Shown: one piece after another, positions 19,408 through 29,392 of the stretch | Layout of the letters: every line of letters starts with the position of its first letter | How positions within the stretch are numbered: the first letter of the stretch is position 1 | Assembly (NCBI GenBank): GCA_048938855.1 | Contig: JBHLLT010000002.1 | Span: forward strand, 288,001 to 352,000 | DNA: 64,000 bases | Origin: Promethearchaeota archaeon | Lineage (GTDB): Archaea; Asgardarchaeota; Lokiarchaeia; Sigyniarchaeales; SOKP01 | Direction of reading: 5' to 3' | Notes under the pieces: model-generated | Database searches by the model: none | Told to the model about the DNA's origin: nothing | Seen by the model: the letters and a program-made list of their open reading frames with translations, nothing else | Translations under genes and position numbers: made by a program

Positions 19408-21039
19408 ATGAAAGATTTATTTCTTGGATTAGATTGCTCGACTCAGAGTCTAACAGGTTTAATTATTGATTTCAAGTCCAGAAAAGTAATTTATCGAGAT
19501 GTGGTAAATTTTGATGAAGAATTACCTCATTATCGAACACTAAATGGAGTAATTTATTTGGATAATAATAATACCATTCATTCATATCCACTTATGTGGA
19601 TAGAAGCATTAGAATTGTTATTTACTAAATTTTGTAATGATGATATTCCACTATTTGAAATTAAGTCATTTTCAGGATCTGCACAACAACATGGTACAGT
19701 TTATTTAAACGCTAAGTTTGAATCCGTTCTTCTCAATTTAGATATAAAAAAATCTCTTGTCTCCCAATTAAAGCCTACGTTATCCGAGTTAACAAGTCCT
19801 ATTTGGATGGATTCTAGCACTTCTAAACAATGTGAAGAAATACGTGATAAATTGGGTGGTTTAAAATCATCAGTCTCATTATTAGGTTCAGATATCGTAG
19901 AACGTTTCTCTGGGCCACAAATAAGAAAGTTTTTTCAAGAAAATCTTCAAAAATATAATCATACTACTATTATTCATCTAGTAAGCTCTTTCTTAGCTTC
20001 AATATTATTAGGAAAAAATGCACCTATTGATCATGGAGATGGAGCAGGAATGAATTTAATGAATATTATGACAAAAGAATGGGATGATCGTGCTTTAGAA
20101 GCAACTGCTCCTAGCTTGAAAAATAAATTACCTTCTCTCTCTTTCTCTCAAGCTATTATCGGAAATATTTCCACATACTTTGTAAAAAAATATGGCTTTA
20201 ATCCGGATACAAATCTTATAGTATGGTCTGGTGATAACCCTAGTAGTCTTATCGGGGTTGGATTAATTAAGAAAGGCATGGCTACAATAAGTTTAGGTAC
20301 AAGTGATACTTATTTCAGCTATTTACAAAATTTACATCTTGACTATAATGGAGAAGGTCATGTTTTTGGAGCACCAACAGGGGATTATATGAGCTTGATT
20401 TGCTTTAAAAATGGTTCTTTAGCTAGGGAAAAGGTCAAAAATAAATTCAAATTGAATTGGGAAAGCTTTACTAAAATTTTGAATAAAACACCTCCGGGAA
20501 ATAATGGAAAAATAATGTTACCATATTTTTTTCCTGAGATTGTTCCTAAAGTATTAAAACCCAAAGTATATCGATTCGGTTTTGATGAAAAAGATATATA
20601 TGGTAATATAAGGGGGATTATTGAAGCTCAATTTTTAGCTATGAGACTCCATTCAAAGTGGATCGGTGAAAAGCCTACAGAAATTTATACTACGGGAGGT
20701 GCTTCTGTAAATGAAGAAATTCTCCAAGTACTAGCAAATATATTTAATGCAAAGGTCCGTATGTTTGAAAATACTGATTCAGCGGCTTTAGGTGCTGCTC
20801 TCAGAGCAATAAAAACATATTATGATACTAAAAATGAAAAAAAAAGTTGGAATGAAATAATTGAGAAATTCATCAATTTTCAAAATAGTATCATTATAGA
20901 ACCAAATACTAAATGTATTGAATTATATGATGATATGATTAATCTCTATGATAAATATGAAAGATTTATACTCCAAAATGGAGAAAATCCTGAATCTGCT
21001 CGCTTGCAGTTTATTAAAAGATATTATAAACTGTTCTAA
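19408..21039 (+). CDS. xylB: Xylulokinase (FGGY family, eukaryote-like XKS1/XYLB subtype)
   Basis: LGLDCSTQS, SGSAQQHGTVY, PIWMDSST, ERFSGPQIRK, LVSSFLAS, GMNLM, GDNPSS, SLGTSDT, CFKNGSLARE. Confidence 0.82.
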   Translation: MKDLFLGLDCSTQSLTGLIIDFKSRKVIYRDVVNFDEELPHYRTLNGVIYLDNNNTIHSYPLMWIEALELLFTKFCNDDIPLFEIKSFSGSAQQHGTVYLNAKFESVLLNLDIKKSLVSQLKPTLSELTSPIWMDSSTSKQCEEIRDKLGGLKSSVSLLGSDIVERFSGPQIRKFFQENLQKYNHTTIIHLVSSFLASILLGKNAPIDHGDGAGMNLMNIMTKEWDDRALEATAPSLKNKLPSLSFSQAIIGNISTYFVKKYGFNPDTNLIVWSGDNPSSLIGVGLIKKGMATISLGTSDTYFSYLQNLHLDYNGEGHVFGAPTGDYMSLICFKNGSLAREKVKNKFKLNWESFTKILNKTPPGNNGKIMLPYFFPEIVPKVLKPKVYRFGFDEKDIYGNIRGIIEAQFLAMRLHSKWIGEKPTEIYTTGGASVNEEILQVLANIFNAKVRMFENTDSAALGAALRAIKTYYDTKNEKKSWNEIIEKFINFQNSIIIEPNTKCIELYDDMINLYDKYERFILQNGENPESARLQFIKRYYKLF

Positions 21040-21166
21040 TAAATATTTTTGTCAAAAACTAAATTTATAATACATCTTAATAGGAGATTATAATTAAAAT
21101 ATAATCGAATCAATAATAAATCACTATTAATTATCCTCAACAATCATTTTATAAATTGAAAAAACC

Positions 21167-21661
21167 ATGGCAATTAAGACTGGCGATATAATAAAAGTAG
21201 AGTATATAGGTACTTTTGATGATGGTACAGTATTTGACAGTACCGAGTTAAACGACGGGATTCCCCTAAAATTTGAGGTTGGTGCGGGGCAAATAATTCC
21301 GGGATTTGAAAAATCCGTTATTGGCAAATCTGTTGGGGAAGAATATGATATCAGATTAGAGCCTTCTGAAGCATATGGTGATTATAAGGAAGGAATGACT
21401 CAATCTATTTCAAAAGATCAATTTCCTATAGAACAAGAACCAGAACCAGGATTAATGATTTTATTACTTGGTCCTCAAGGTCAACCAGTTCCCGCAACAA
21501 TAAAAGAAGTTAATGATGATATAGTCACTATAGATTTAAATCATCCTATGGCTGGGAAAGTTTTAAACTTTAATATAAAAATTAAAGAAACAGGTTGTGA
21601 ACCTGATCCTCCACTTGTTTGTGGTTGTGGAGATGATCACCACCATAATCACGAGCACTAA
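21167..21661 (+). CDS. slyD: FKBP-type peptidyl-prolyl isomerase, SlyD-like
   Basis: DGTVFDST, GAGQIIPGFE, EAYG, DLNHPMAGKVLNF; CGCGDDHHHNHEH tail. Confidence 0.9.
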   Translation: MAIKTGDIIKVEYIGTFDDGTVFDSTELNDGIPLKFEVGAGQIIPGFEKSVIGKSVGEEYDIRLEPSEAYGDYKEGMTQSISKDQFPIEQEPEPGLMILLLGPQGQPVPATIKEVNDDIVTIDLNHPMAGKVLNFNIKIKETGCEPDPPLVCGCGDDHHHNHEH

Positions 21662-21870
21662 TATCTCGATTTATTGAATAAGTGTAATTTTCCCTCTATA
21701 ATATCAAATTCTTTTTCTTTTCATATTTATTGTAAATAGAATTAGATTAATTGAGAAGGATTTTTTAAAATTTTGTAATAAAAGAACATAAAAACGCTTT
21801 CTCAATAAATTAAAATTTTAAACCTCATTTTAGAAAACATTATATAACTTTAGATTAATGAGTTACCAAG

Positions 21871-23292
21871 ATGGCTAAGGGGACCAAAACAAATTCAGTA
21901 AGATCCTATAACAGCATCTTTTGGCCTCTTTATATACTAAATGGGCTTCAAAGTATAGCATACGGCGCGATGATAATACTTGTTGTTCCTCTGGCTCTTA
22001 TTATTTGGCCTAATGATCCAGCAGATATACATGCATTGGAAATGGGAATATTATATACAACTTTATCTTGGAGTGGCTCTATTGCAGGTTTAATTTTTGG
22101 AAGACTTATTGATAAATACTCTCGAAAAAAAATTATTATTATTATTTCTCTATTCAGAGGATCTTCAATGTTTCTTTTAGGATTTGCTGTCTATGGTGGC
22201 GAAGATAGCACTTGGTGGTATTTTTTTACTCTCATTGCTATTTTTGGTTTTTTTGCTGGAGGTTCATGGCCCGCTATAAATTCTTTATCTAATGACATTG
22301 TCCCAAAGGATCACCGGTCTCGTTTTTTTGGTGTTTATCAGATTGTACTTAATACAACAAATATAATAGGTTGGCTAATAGCTGCAATCCTCGTACAATT
22401 TGGTTTTTGGAGGATCTTTTTCTGGGGTATAGGAGTTTATATTCTACTTGCAGGATTAATTTTTGCTATTATTAATGAAGAGCCAAAAAGAGGAGCTCAA
22501 CAAGAAGAACTATATCAAATCCTTCAAGATAATTCAATTGAATATGATTTTCAAATTAATAAAGAAATGATGCGAAAAACCATGCTCAGTAAAACTAATA
22601 TTGTAGCACTAGTTGAAGGTATATTTACTTGTATTCTAATGAGCAGTCTTAATTTCTTAATTTTAAATTATGTTCAAAATCCACCCATTAATTTAGCACC
22701 TCTTTCAATTGGAGTTTTTATGGTTTTTTTTGGCTTAACAGGAGGATTAGTTGGACAAATTGTACTATCAAGAATAAGTGACAAGATAGCTATTAAAGAT
22801 CCTGTAAAACGATTACCCATTATTGTTATTGCAATAATAGGGGGATTAATCACTTTCGCTCTTTTCTTTTTTCTCCCATGGACGCCATTAACTCCAGAAT
22901 TAGGTATGAATATTATATACCTTATGACAATACCAACTATTTGGATTATGGGAGCACTATTTTTTATTTCAAGAAGTATTTTTTCTCTTTATATCGTAAA
23001 CCAAAGTCCTGTAATTCAACAAATTAATTTACCTGAGGCTCAGGGGCAAATAGTATCTTGGAATCAATTTTTAGAACAATTTGGTAGAGGAATTGGGCCA
23101 CTTTTATGTGGAGTTTTACTATTTTTCACAAGCACTAATTATCAAATTACAGTTTTATTAGTATGCTTATGTATTGTTCCAGGTGCAATCCTATGGATGG
23201 TTGCAATAAGATGGTTTCCAGCTGACAGAATGAACATAAAATCTATTTTGACAGAAAGAGCAGAAATTCTAAACTCTAGAAAAGAGTATTAA
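21871..23292 (+). CDS. MFS transporter
   Basis: GRLIDKYSRK motif A; about 12 TM. Confidence 0.9.
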   Translation: MAKGTKTNSVRSYNSIFWPLYILNGLQSIAYGAMIILVVPLALIIWPNDPADIHALEMGILYTTLSWSGSIAGLIFGRLIDKYSRKKIIIIISLFRGSSMFLLGFAVYGGEDSTWWYFFTLIAIFGFFAGGSWPAINSLSNDIVPKDHRSRFFGVYQIVLNTTNIIGWLIAAILVQFGFWRIFFWGIGVYILLAGLIFAIINEEPKRGAQQEELYQILQDNSIEYDFQINKEMMRKTMLSKTNIVALVEGIFTCILMSSLNFLILNYVQNPPINLAPLSIGVFMVFFGLTGGLVGQIVLSRISDKIAIKDPVKRLPIIVIAIIGGLITFALFFFLPWTPLTPELGMNIIYLMTIPTIWIMGALFFISRSIFSLYIVNQSPVIQQINLPEAQGQIVSWNQFLEQFGRGIGPLLCGVLLFFTSTNYQITVLLVCLCIVPGAILWMVAIRWFPADRMNIKSILTERAEILNSRKEY

Positions 23293-23464
23293 AATCTAAA
23301 AGACTTATATTTTAACGAAGGGAGAGTTAATTTTTCATGTATATATTTCTATTGAGTTTATAGTTAAGTACAAGCAAAGCCTTAAAAATATTAAAATAAA
23401 ATTAATCATAATAGATTTTTAATCAATATATATAATTTAAAATTACAAATAAATTGAATTTCCA

Positions 23465-24256
23465 ATGTTTGAATTTATAATCAGTTTCGCAATTTTTGGG
23501 GTTTTATTAATTTGGTGTTTATTATGGAGATCTAAGGAAAATGGAAGAGTGGAGGGAGAACCTCTGGGCATGCCACGAGGGACAGTTAGGGCTTTGATTA
23601 CTATTATGCTTGTAGCATTTCCTTTTGGATATATATTATCAAGAAGAGATATCGATGGGTTGGTAGTGAATGTCATTTTTATTGCGGTTGCTTTCTATTT
23701 TGAAGCTAGAACAAGTGAACGAGAAAAATTACAGCAAATTGTAGGTGAACTAAAGAGTACCGATTTAGTTATAAGAGATGTGAAGAAGGAGAAAAAACCA
23801 TTATATTTACCAAAATATTCAGTAAGAATTCTTCTAACCGTATTGCTAATTACTTTCCTCACGATTAATTGGTATGGAGGTAATATAGTTACATTTGAAG
23901 TTACAAACACACTACTCGATTTAATGATTATTGTAGCTTTTTTTTATGTAGGAGTAATTTTCAGATCCATTTTTAAAGCGAGAGAAAGGAAGAGAATTAA
24001 AGAAGAAATTGCAGAGATGGACGCATCGCTCAGTGAAGCTCAAATCATTGAAAAATTGATGTTAGAACCCAGTTGGTGGATGCGAATAGGGAAAAATGTC
24101 CTTTCAATTATAATGCTGATTGTGGTTGTTGTAGCATTAACTTGCTACTCAATTGATTTTAATTATACAATAATAACCCTTGTTGGTACAAATGATATAA
24201 CAGTTGTTGGAATCTTATTGCTGCTTATCAACGCGTATTACGGTTTCAGAGATTAA
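23465..24256 (+). CDS. Internally duplicated membrane protein
   Basis: PLGMPRGTVRALITIML and PLYLPKYSVRILLTVLL, each followed by an AFY/FFY helix. Confidence 0.7.
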   Translation: MFEFIISFAIFGVLLIWCLLWRSKENGRVEGEPLGMPRGTVRALITIMLVAFPFGYILSRRDIDGLVVNVIFIAVAFYFEARTSEREKLQQIVGELKSTDLVIRDVKKEKKPLYLPKYSVRILLTVLLITFLTINWYGGNIVTFEVTNTLLDLMIIVAFFYVGVIFRSIFKARERKRIKEEIAEMDASLSEAQIIEKLMLEPSWWMRIGKNVLSIIMLIVVVVALTCYSIDFNYTIITLVGTNDITVVGILLLLINAYYGFRD

Positions 24257-24392
24257 ACATAATATTTTTTTATCTATTTTACTCATTTTTTTATAAATAA
24301 TACAATACAACTGGGATGTAAAGTTATAAATATCTTTATCTGGGAAAAAAATAATAATTACTATCAATTAAATTATATTAAGGTGAAATAAA

Positions 24393-25514
24393 ATGGAAAA
24401 GAATTCTGAAGATAAGTATTTTGAAATTTATAGGGAATTGCAAGTACACCTTGATAAAATGCCAATTGGGTTCCCTCAGGCAGAATCTGGTTCGGATATA
24501 AGATTATTAAGACTTCTCTTTACTCCTGAAGAAGCAAAAATAGCTACATATTTAAAATTTGGCTGGTATAGGGATCTTGAGCCGTTAGATAAAATTTATA
24601 AACGAATTAAGCATACTGGGATTCCTTTAATAGAATTAGAAACACAATTAGATAATATGGTAAAAAAAGGTTCAATTACATATAAAAAAGAAGGGAATAA
24701 GAAATTTTATGGTAATACTACACTAATAATAGGAATGTATGAAAATCAAGTGGATAAACTTACAACAGACTTTTTAGATGCATTTCATAAATATTTAAAT
24801 GAAATTTGGGAAGAAAAAGCTAATCCAACACATTATAATCAAATCCGTATTATACCTGTTGATATTGATGTGATTCCAGAGAATTTTATTGCCCCTTTTG
24901 ATAATGTAAGAAAATCTATAGAAGAAAGTCAAGGTCCGTTTGTTAAAATTAATTGTATTTGTCGTCAAGAAATGGAATTCGGAGGGGAACCATGTAAAAT
25001 GACTAAGCATAAAGATAATTGCCTAGGAATTGGAGATATTGCTAAATCCGCTATTGATCTAAACTGGGGAACACAAATTAGTAAAGAAGAAGCTATTCAA
25101 TTACTGCGCCAAAATCAAGAAGAGGGTCTGATTTTTCGACCGAATAATGCTCAAACTTTTGATTTTATATGCAGTTGTTGCTACTGTTGTGATGGAGGTA
25201 TCGGTAACCTGTTACGCTTACCAGATCCATACAATTATGCAATTTCAAATTATTATGCTGAAATAGATCCCGATTTATGTACTGGATGCGGAACGTGTAT
25301 AGATCGCTGTCAAATGAAAGCTATTACTCAATTAAACAACGTCTCCTCAATTGAAAAAATTAGATGCATAGGTTGTGGTAATTGTATTGCCAAATGCCCT
25401 TCTGAAGCTATTATGCTCCGAAAAAAAGAAAAGCAATATATTCCTCCTCAAACAATGGAAGAACTTTACGAAAAAATTCTTGAGGAAAGGATTAGATTAA
25501 AAGAACAAGGATAA
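24393..25514 (+). CDS. 4Fe-4S binding protein with N-terminal wHTH-like domain
   Basis: CICR, ICSCCYCC, CTGCGTCIDRC, CIGCGNCIAKCP. Confidence 0.85.
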   Translation: MEKNSEDKYFEIYRELQVHLDKMPIGFPQAESGSDIRLLRLLFTPEEAKIATYLKFGWYRDLEPLDKIYKRIKHTGIPLIELETQLDNMVKKGSITYKKEGNKKFYGNTTLIIGMYENQVDKLTTDFLDAFHKYLNEIWEEKANPTHYNQIRIIPVDIDVIPENFIAPFDNVRKSIEESQGPFVKINCICRQEMEFGGEPCKMTKHKDNCLGIGDIAKSAIDLNWGTQISKEEAIQLLRQNQEEGLIFRPNNAQTFDFICSCCYCCDGGIGNLLRLPDPYNYAISNYYAEIDPDLCTGCGTCIDRCQMKAITQLNNVSSIEKIRCIGCGNCIAKCPSEAIMLRKKEKQYIPPQTMEELYEKILEERIRLKEQG

Positions 25515-25521
25515 ACCAAGA

Positions 25522-26328
25522 TTACTGTTTAGAGCTTATTGCTTTTCGGATAAACGGTCGTAAACTCTTTCCTTTTTCCCAATACCATTTAAATATTTCT
25601 TTTGTCCATTTTATAAAACTTTCATGATTATCTATTAAGCACTGACTATAATCAATTTCACCATCTTTACTTAAGAAAAGTATGGCACCTTTATCTGAAA
25701 CTATTATCGAGATTTTAATTTCATCAAGAATTCTAATATTTTCTAACATTTCCTGGAAAAAGATTTTTGGATCTTTAAACAATTTGGACCAACCATCCGG
25801 AATATTATAAGATTTTAATAAATTGCTGTCTACGAGAGCTTTTATCTTGAGTGGTTGATCTCTCATTTTCTTCTCAACTTCCTTTAATAAAGATTTTTGA
25901 TATTGATCTGTTATCGCATAAAGAAATCTTTCGGAATTTTTCACAAGGTTTTCAAAAATTTCCATATTTTCCATAGTTTTATTGCCAAATTCAACGTTTT
26001 TAAGTTTTCCTAATTGAAATATGAGATGGACAGGAATAGAGGTAATTTCATGACTATTGAAAAAATTTCTATGAATTAATGAAACTTCAAAAATATCCAT
26101 CATCCTTATGAAGATTTTACCGATATTTGTTATATGATATTTATTGTTTACATCTTTAGTGACAAGATCCTTCTCACTTAGTCTTCTTAAATGACGAGAG
26201 ATTTCTGATCCTGGGATTTCTAACTCCTTTTGAAGGTCTGTGTGTCTTTTCCCATCATAATATAGACATTTGAGGACCTTAAACCTTTCTTTATGGGAAA
26301 ATTCGAATAATAAATCATATAAATCCAA
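25522..26328 (-). CDS. Archaeal HTH transcriptional regulator (ArsR-type HTH plus DUF1724/FilR1-like C-terminal domain)
   Basis: LFEFSHKERFKVL...EISRHLRRL...YHITNIG; C-terminal WTKEIFKWYW; divergent from the acyl-CoA operon. Confidence 0.8.
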   Translation of the reverse strand: MDLYDLLFEFSHKERFKVLKCLYYDGKRHTDLQKELEIPGSEISRHLRRLSEKDLVTKDVNNKYHITNIGKIFIRMMDIFEVSLIHRNFFNSHEITSIPVHLIFQLGKLKNVEFGNKTMENMEIFENLVKNSERFLYAITDQYQKSLLKEVEKKMRDQPLKIKALVDSNLLKSYNIPDGWSKLFKDPKIFFQEMLENIRILDEIKISIIVSDKGAILFLSKDGEIDYSQCLIDNHESFIKWTKEIFKWYWEKGKSLRPFIRKAISSKQ

Positions 26329-26397
26329 ATTTACTCAACTTGATTATTTTTGGTTCTCTATAATATCAAAAGAATTCTCAAATAAAAATTTAAATTG

Positions 26398-26538
26398 ATT
26401 TAAATAATTTAGAAAAAATTAAACTTAATTTAAAAATCTTTAAAATAGTTATAGGGTTCATTTTTTAATTTTCTCTGGATAATAGAATCAAAGAATATAT
26501 TTAAAAAAGATAAATATTCATAATTCAAATGAAATCTA
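26398..26538 (+). repeat. Dispersed non-coding repeat, copy A (promoter/leader of the acyl-CoA operon)
   Basis: 26398-26530 aligns without gaps to 33581-33713, 107/133 identical by hand count; contains TATAGGGTT; can fold 26452-26538. Confidence 0.85.
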
Positions 26539-26588
26539 ATTTAAATAAAAATTTAAGACATTAGAATAAAGAAAATTGGAGAATAAAT

Positions 26589-26888
26589 ATGTATGAAGAA
26601 TTAGAGTTAAGAGCGTTAAAATTGTTAGCAAAAAATTACGAATATAACCAAGCATTACATATGGAAGCTGATTTGATGGCAGGATTACTTGGTGTAAAGA
26701 AGAAAGACATCCAACCAGTACTTAGAGCTTTAAGTGATGCAAAACTGGCAAATCTCTATGTAGAAGGTGAAAAAATCAAATTGGCAAAAATTTCATGGCA
26801 AGGATTAAATGAAATTGGTGATGTCGACTTAAAATTCGGTATGGGAAAAGATGCATACGATAATTATAATGCGGAGGGGTACCGATAG
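26589..26888 (+). CDS. Small winged-helix-like protein
   Basis: LKLLAKNY...LMAGLLGV...VLRALSDAKLA...AKISWQG; in frame with and abutting the acyl-CoA dehydrogenase. Confidence 0.65.
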   Translation: MYEELELRALKLLAKNYEYNQALHMEADLMAGLLGVKKKDIQPVLRALSDAKLANLYVEGEKIKLAKISWQGLNEIGDVDLKFGMGKDAYDNYNAEGYR

Positions 26889-28136
26889 ATGCCTTTTGAT
26901 TATATGCCTTGGTGGGATAAGGAAACTAAGCAATTTGCTGATGAAGTCGAGAATTTCTGTGACACTGAATTAGTGCCACGAACCACTAAACTCCTTGAAC
27001 AAAATAAAGATCCGATGGAAATTCAATGGAGTGCATCAAAACTTTGTGTAGAAAAAGGATTTCATCCTTTAATGGTGTTAGCAGAGGAGGAATATGGTGG
27101 AAGAGATAAAGGATATGCAGGATACACTATTTTGAATGAAGAAATAGGACGATCTAACTTGAACATAAATCCTTTATTAACAAGTGTTTTTGGGGCAGGA
27201 CCAGTGCATTTATTTGGAACAGAAGCACAAAAAAAGAAACTTTTAGAGCCTATAGTGAAGGGAGAAAAATGGGCTTCTATAACTGTAACAGAACCTGATG
27301 TGGGTAATGATGCTGCTGGTGTTCAACTCCATGCTGAAGAAGATGGAGATGAATGGGTTTTGAATGGTTGGAAACGCTTTATTACTTTAGGAGCGATTTC
27401 TGATTATCACATGCTTTATGCAAACACCGATCCTGAAATGAAAAGAATATACAGACATCTTACTGCATTTCTTGTCCCTACTGATATTCCTGGAATAACA
27501 ATAGAAAAGATAAATGATTTAATTGGAGATGTTGAAATGGCCAATTCTGTGATAAGGTATCGAGATGTTCGGGTTCCAAAACAAAATATGATATTAGATC
27601 CAGGAGATGGTTGGACAGTAATGACAAGCGCACTCAATATAGAACGATTAGGAATTGCTAGTGTGGTAGGATCATCAAAAAACTTGATAGAGACAGCACG
27701 GGCTTATGGTCGGAGAAGAGTTCAATTTGGAAGTCCTATTTCACGATATAACGCTGTTCAATTAAGAATGGCCAATATCAGCATGAAAATGCATCTAATT
27801 AGGGTTTATATCTATTATCTAGCACATTTGCTTGATACAGGTGAGGCCGATATGTTTACTTTTGCATTAAAATCATCTACTGCTAAGATTTTTGGAACTC
27901 AATCTTTAACAGAGATGGCTTTGGACGCACTCTATATTGTAGGTGGTGACGGCTATCTTCAAGAAACTGGCATTGGAGGCATATTAAAAAATGCTGCTTT
28001 AATGCAAATTGCTGGGGGTTCAAATGATATTCTCAAATTATTCATTGGTAGACAAGAATTTAAACAAGATGTAGATGAACGTATGTTAACTCCCTCAGTA
28101 CGAGGTCCAACAAAAGAAGAAGTTGACAAATTGTAA
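26889..28136 (+). CDS. Acyl-CoA dehydrogenase (isovaleryl/LCAD-type catalytic Glu position)
   Basis: ITVTEPDVGND, LNGWKRFIT, LNIERL, RVQFGSPI, GGDGY, QIAGGSNDI. Confidence 0.92.
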   Translation: MPFDYMPWWDKETKQFADEVENFCDTELVPRTTKLLEQNKDPMEIQWSASKLCVEKGFHPLMVLAEEEYGGRDKGYAGYTILNEEIGRSNLNINPLLTSVFGAGPVHLFGTEAQKKKLLEPIVKGEKWASITVTEPDVGNDAAGVQLHAEEDGDEWVLNGWKRFITLGAISDYHMLYANTDPEMKRIYRHLTAFLVPTDIPGITIEKINDLIGDVEMANSVIRYRDVRVPKQNMILDPGDGWTVMTSALNIERLGIASVVGSSKNLIETARAYGRRRVQFGSPISRYNAVQLRMANISMKMHLIRVYIYYLAHLLDTGEADMFTFALKSSTAKIFGTQSLTEMALDALYIVGGDGYLQETGIGGILKNAALMQIAGGSNDILKLFIGRQEFKQDVDERMLTPSVRGPTKEEVDKL

Positions 28137-28158
28137 AAAAATTAGGAGGTATATATAA

Positions 28159-28959
28159 ATGGCTAAGTATAAAGAAGTAAAATTTGAAGTAAAGGAAGAG
28201 ATTGGAATAATTACTATAGACAGACCAGAAAGAAGAAACACATTATCTAGAGATGTTTGGGCAAGTATTGGACAAGTTTTATCAGATACTTGGGATGATA
28301 TAAATGTGAGAGTGATTATTCTTACAGGAAACGATGAAGAATATAAAGGTGGGCGTGCCTTTTCAGCAGGACTTGATATTAAAGAAATGTCCACTACAGG
28401 ATTTAAGAATCTTGGAGATTTTCTTGGAATCTTGCTTGATCCTTGTGAATTAATGGCACGATATCCAAAACCTATAATCGCAGCGATAAATGGTTATGCA
28501 TATGCAGGAGGACTTGAACTTACATTATGGTGTGATTGTGCAATTGCTGCTGATGATGCAAAAATGGGTTTCTGGGAGAATAGAAGAGGTTTAGCAAGTG
28601 GTGTTGCATTCTTATTGCTACCTGAATTAATTGGAATGCGTTATACTAAAGAATTATTACTAACTGGTAAAATTATAAACGCTGAGGAAGCCTATAGAAT
28701 AGGTTTAGTAAACCGAGTTGTCCCTCACAATGACTTAATGAACACTACGATGGAAATGGCATCAGAAATGAAAAAAGTTGCCCCAATAAGCCATAAATGG
28801 ACAAAAAAATGGTTCCAACAAGGATATCATTATACACGAACTAGAGCGATTGGGAGTTTATGGGAACCATTCCAAGAATTATTTCATAGTGAAGATGTTA
28901 TAGAAGGATTTACCGCTTTCATGGAGGGAAATAGAGAACCAAAATGGAAGGGAAAATAA
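28159..28959 (+). CDS. Enoyl-CoA hydratase (crotonase family)
   Basis: AFSAGLDI, IAAINGYAYAGGLEL, FWENRRG (both catalytic Glu present). Confidence 0.9.
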   Translation: MAKYKEVKFEVKEEIGIITIDRPERRNTLSRDVWASIGQVLSDTWDDINVRVIILTGNDEEYKGGRAFSAGLDIKEMSTTGFKNLGDFLGILLDPCELMARYPKPIIAAINGYAYAGGLELTLWCDCAIAADDAKMGFWENRRGLASGVAFLLLPELIGMRYTKELLLTGKIINAEEAYRIGLVNRVVPHNDLMNTTMEMASEMKKVAPISHKWTKKWFQQGYHYTRTRAIGSLWEPFQELFHSEDVIEGFTAFMEGNREPKWKGK

Positions 28960-29000
28960 TTATTTTTTTTATTTAAAATTATAAATTAAGAGGTTATAAT

Positions 29001-29330
29001 ATGGCAAATCAAGAATTAGTTGAAGGAATTAAAAAAATGGTAAGTAAATTGGACGACCCTTCTTATGCTGAAAGATTCCAGAATTTTGATAGAAAATTAC
29101 AGTTTAACTTTACCGACACAGATAACTATTATCTCGTTTTTAAGGATGCTAAATGTGAAATTTTTGACGGGGAAGTCGAAGAACCAGATATAACTATTAC
29201 GACTACAAGCGATGTAATCATTGATATAATGGACGGAGAACTAAGCCCTACAAAAGCTTTTATGGGTGGTAAACTTAAAGCAAAAGGTCCAATGAAAGAC
29301 ATGCTAAAAATGCAAATGTTAATGAAATAA
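29001..29330 (+). CDS. SCP2 sterol/lipid-binding domain protein
   Basis: PDITITT...GELSPTKAFMGGKLKAKG. Confidence 0.88.
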   Translation: MANQELVEGIKKMVSKLDDPSYAERFQNFDRKLQFNFTDTDNYYLVFKDAKCEIFDGEVEEPDITITTTSDVIIDIMDGELSPTKAFMGGKLKAKGPMKDMLKMQMLMK

Positions 29331-29392
29331 TTTATTCAAATTTTAAATTTTTTTTAATATGTTTTTGAATAGTATAAGAAAAACAACAAGAT

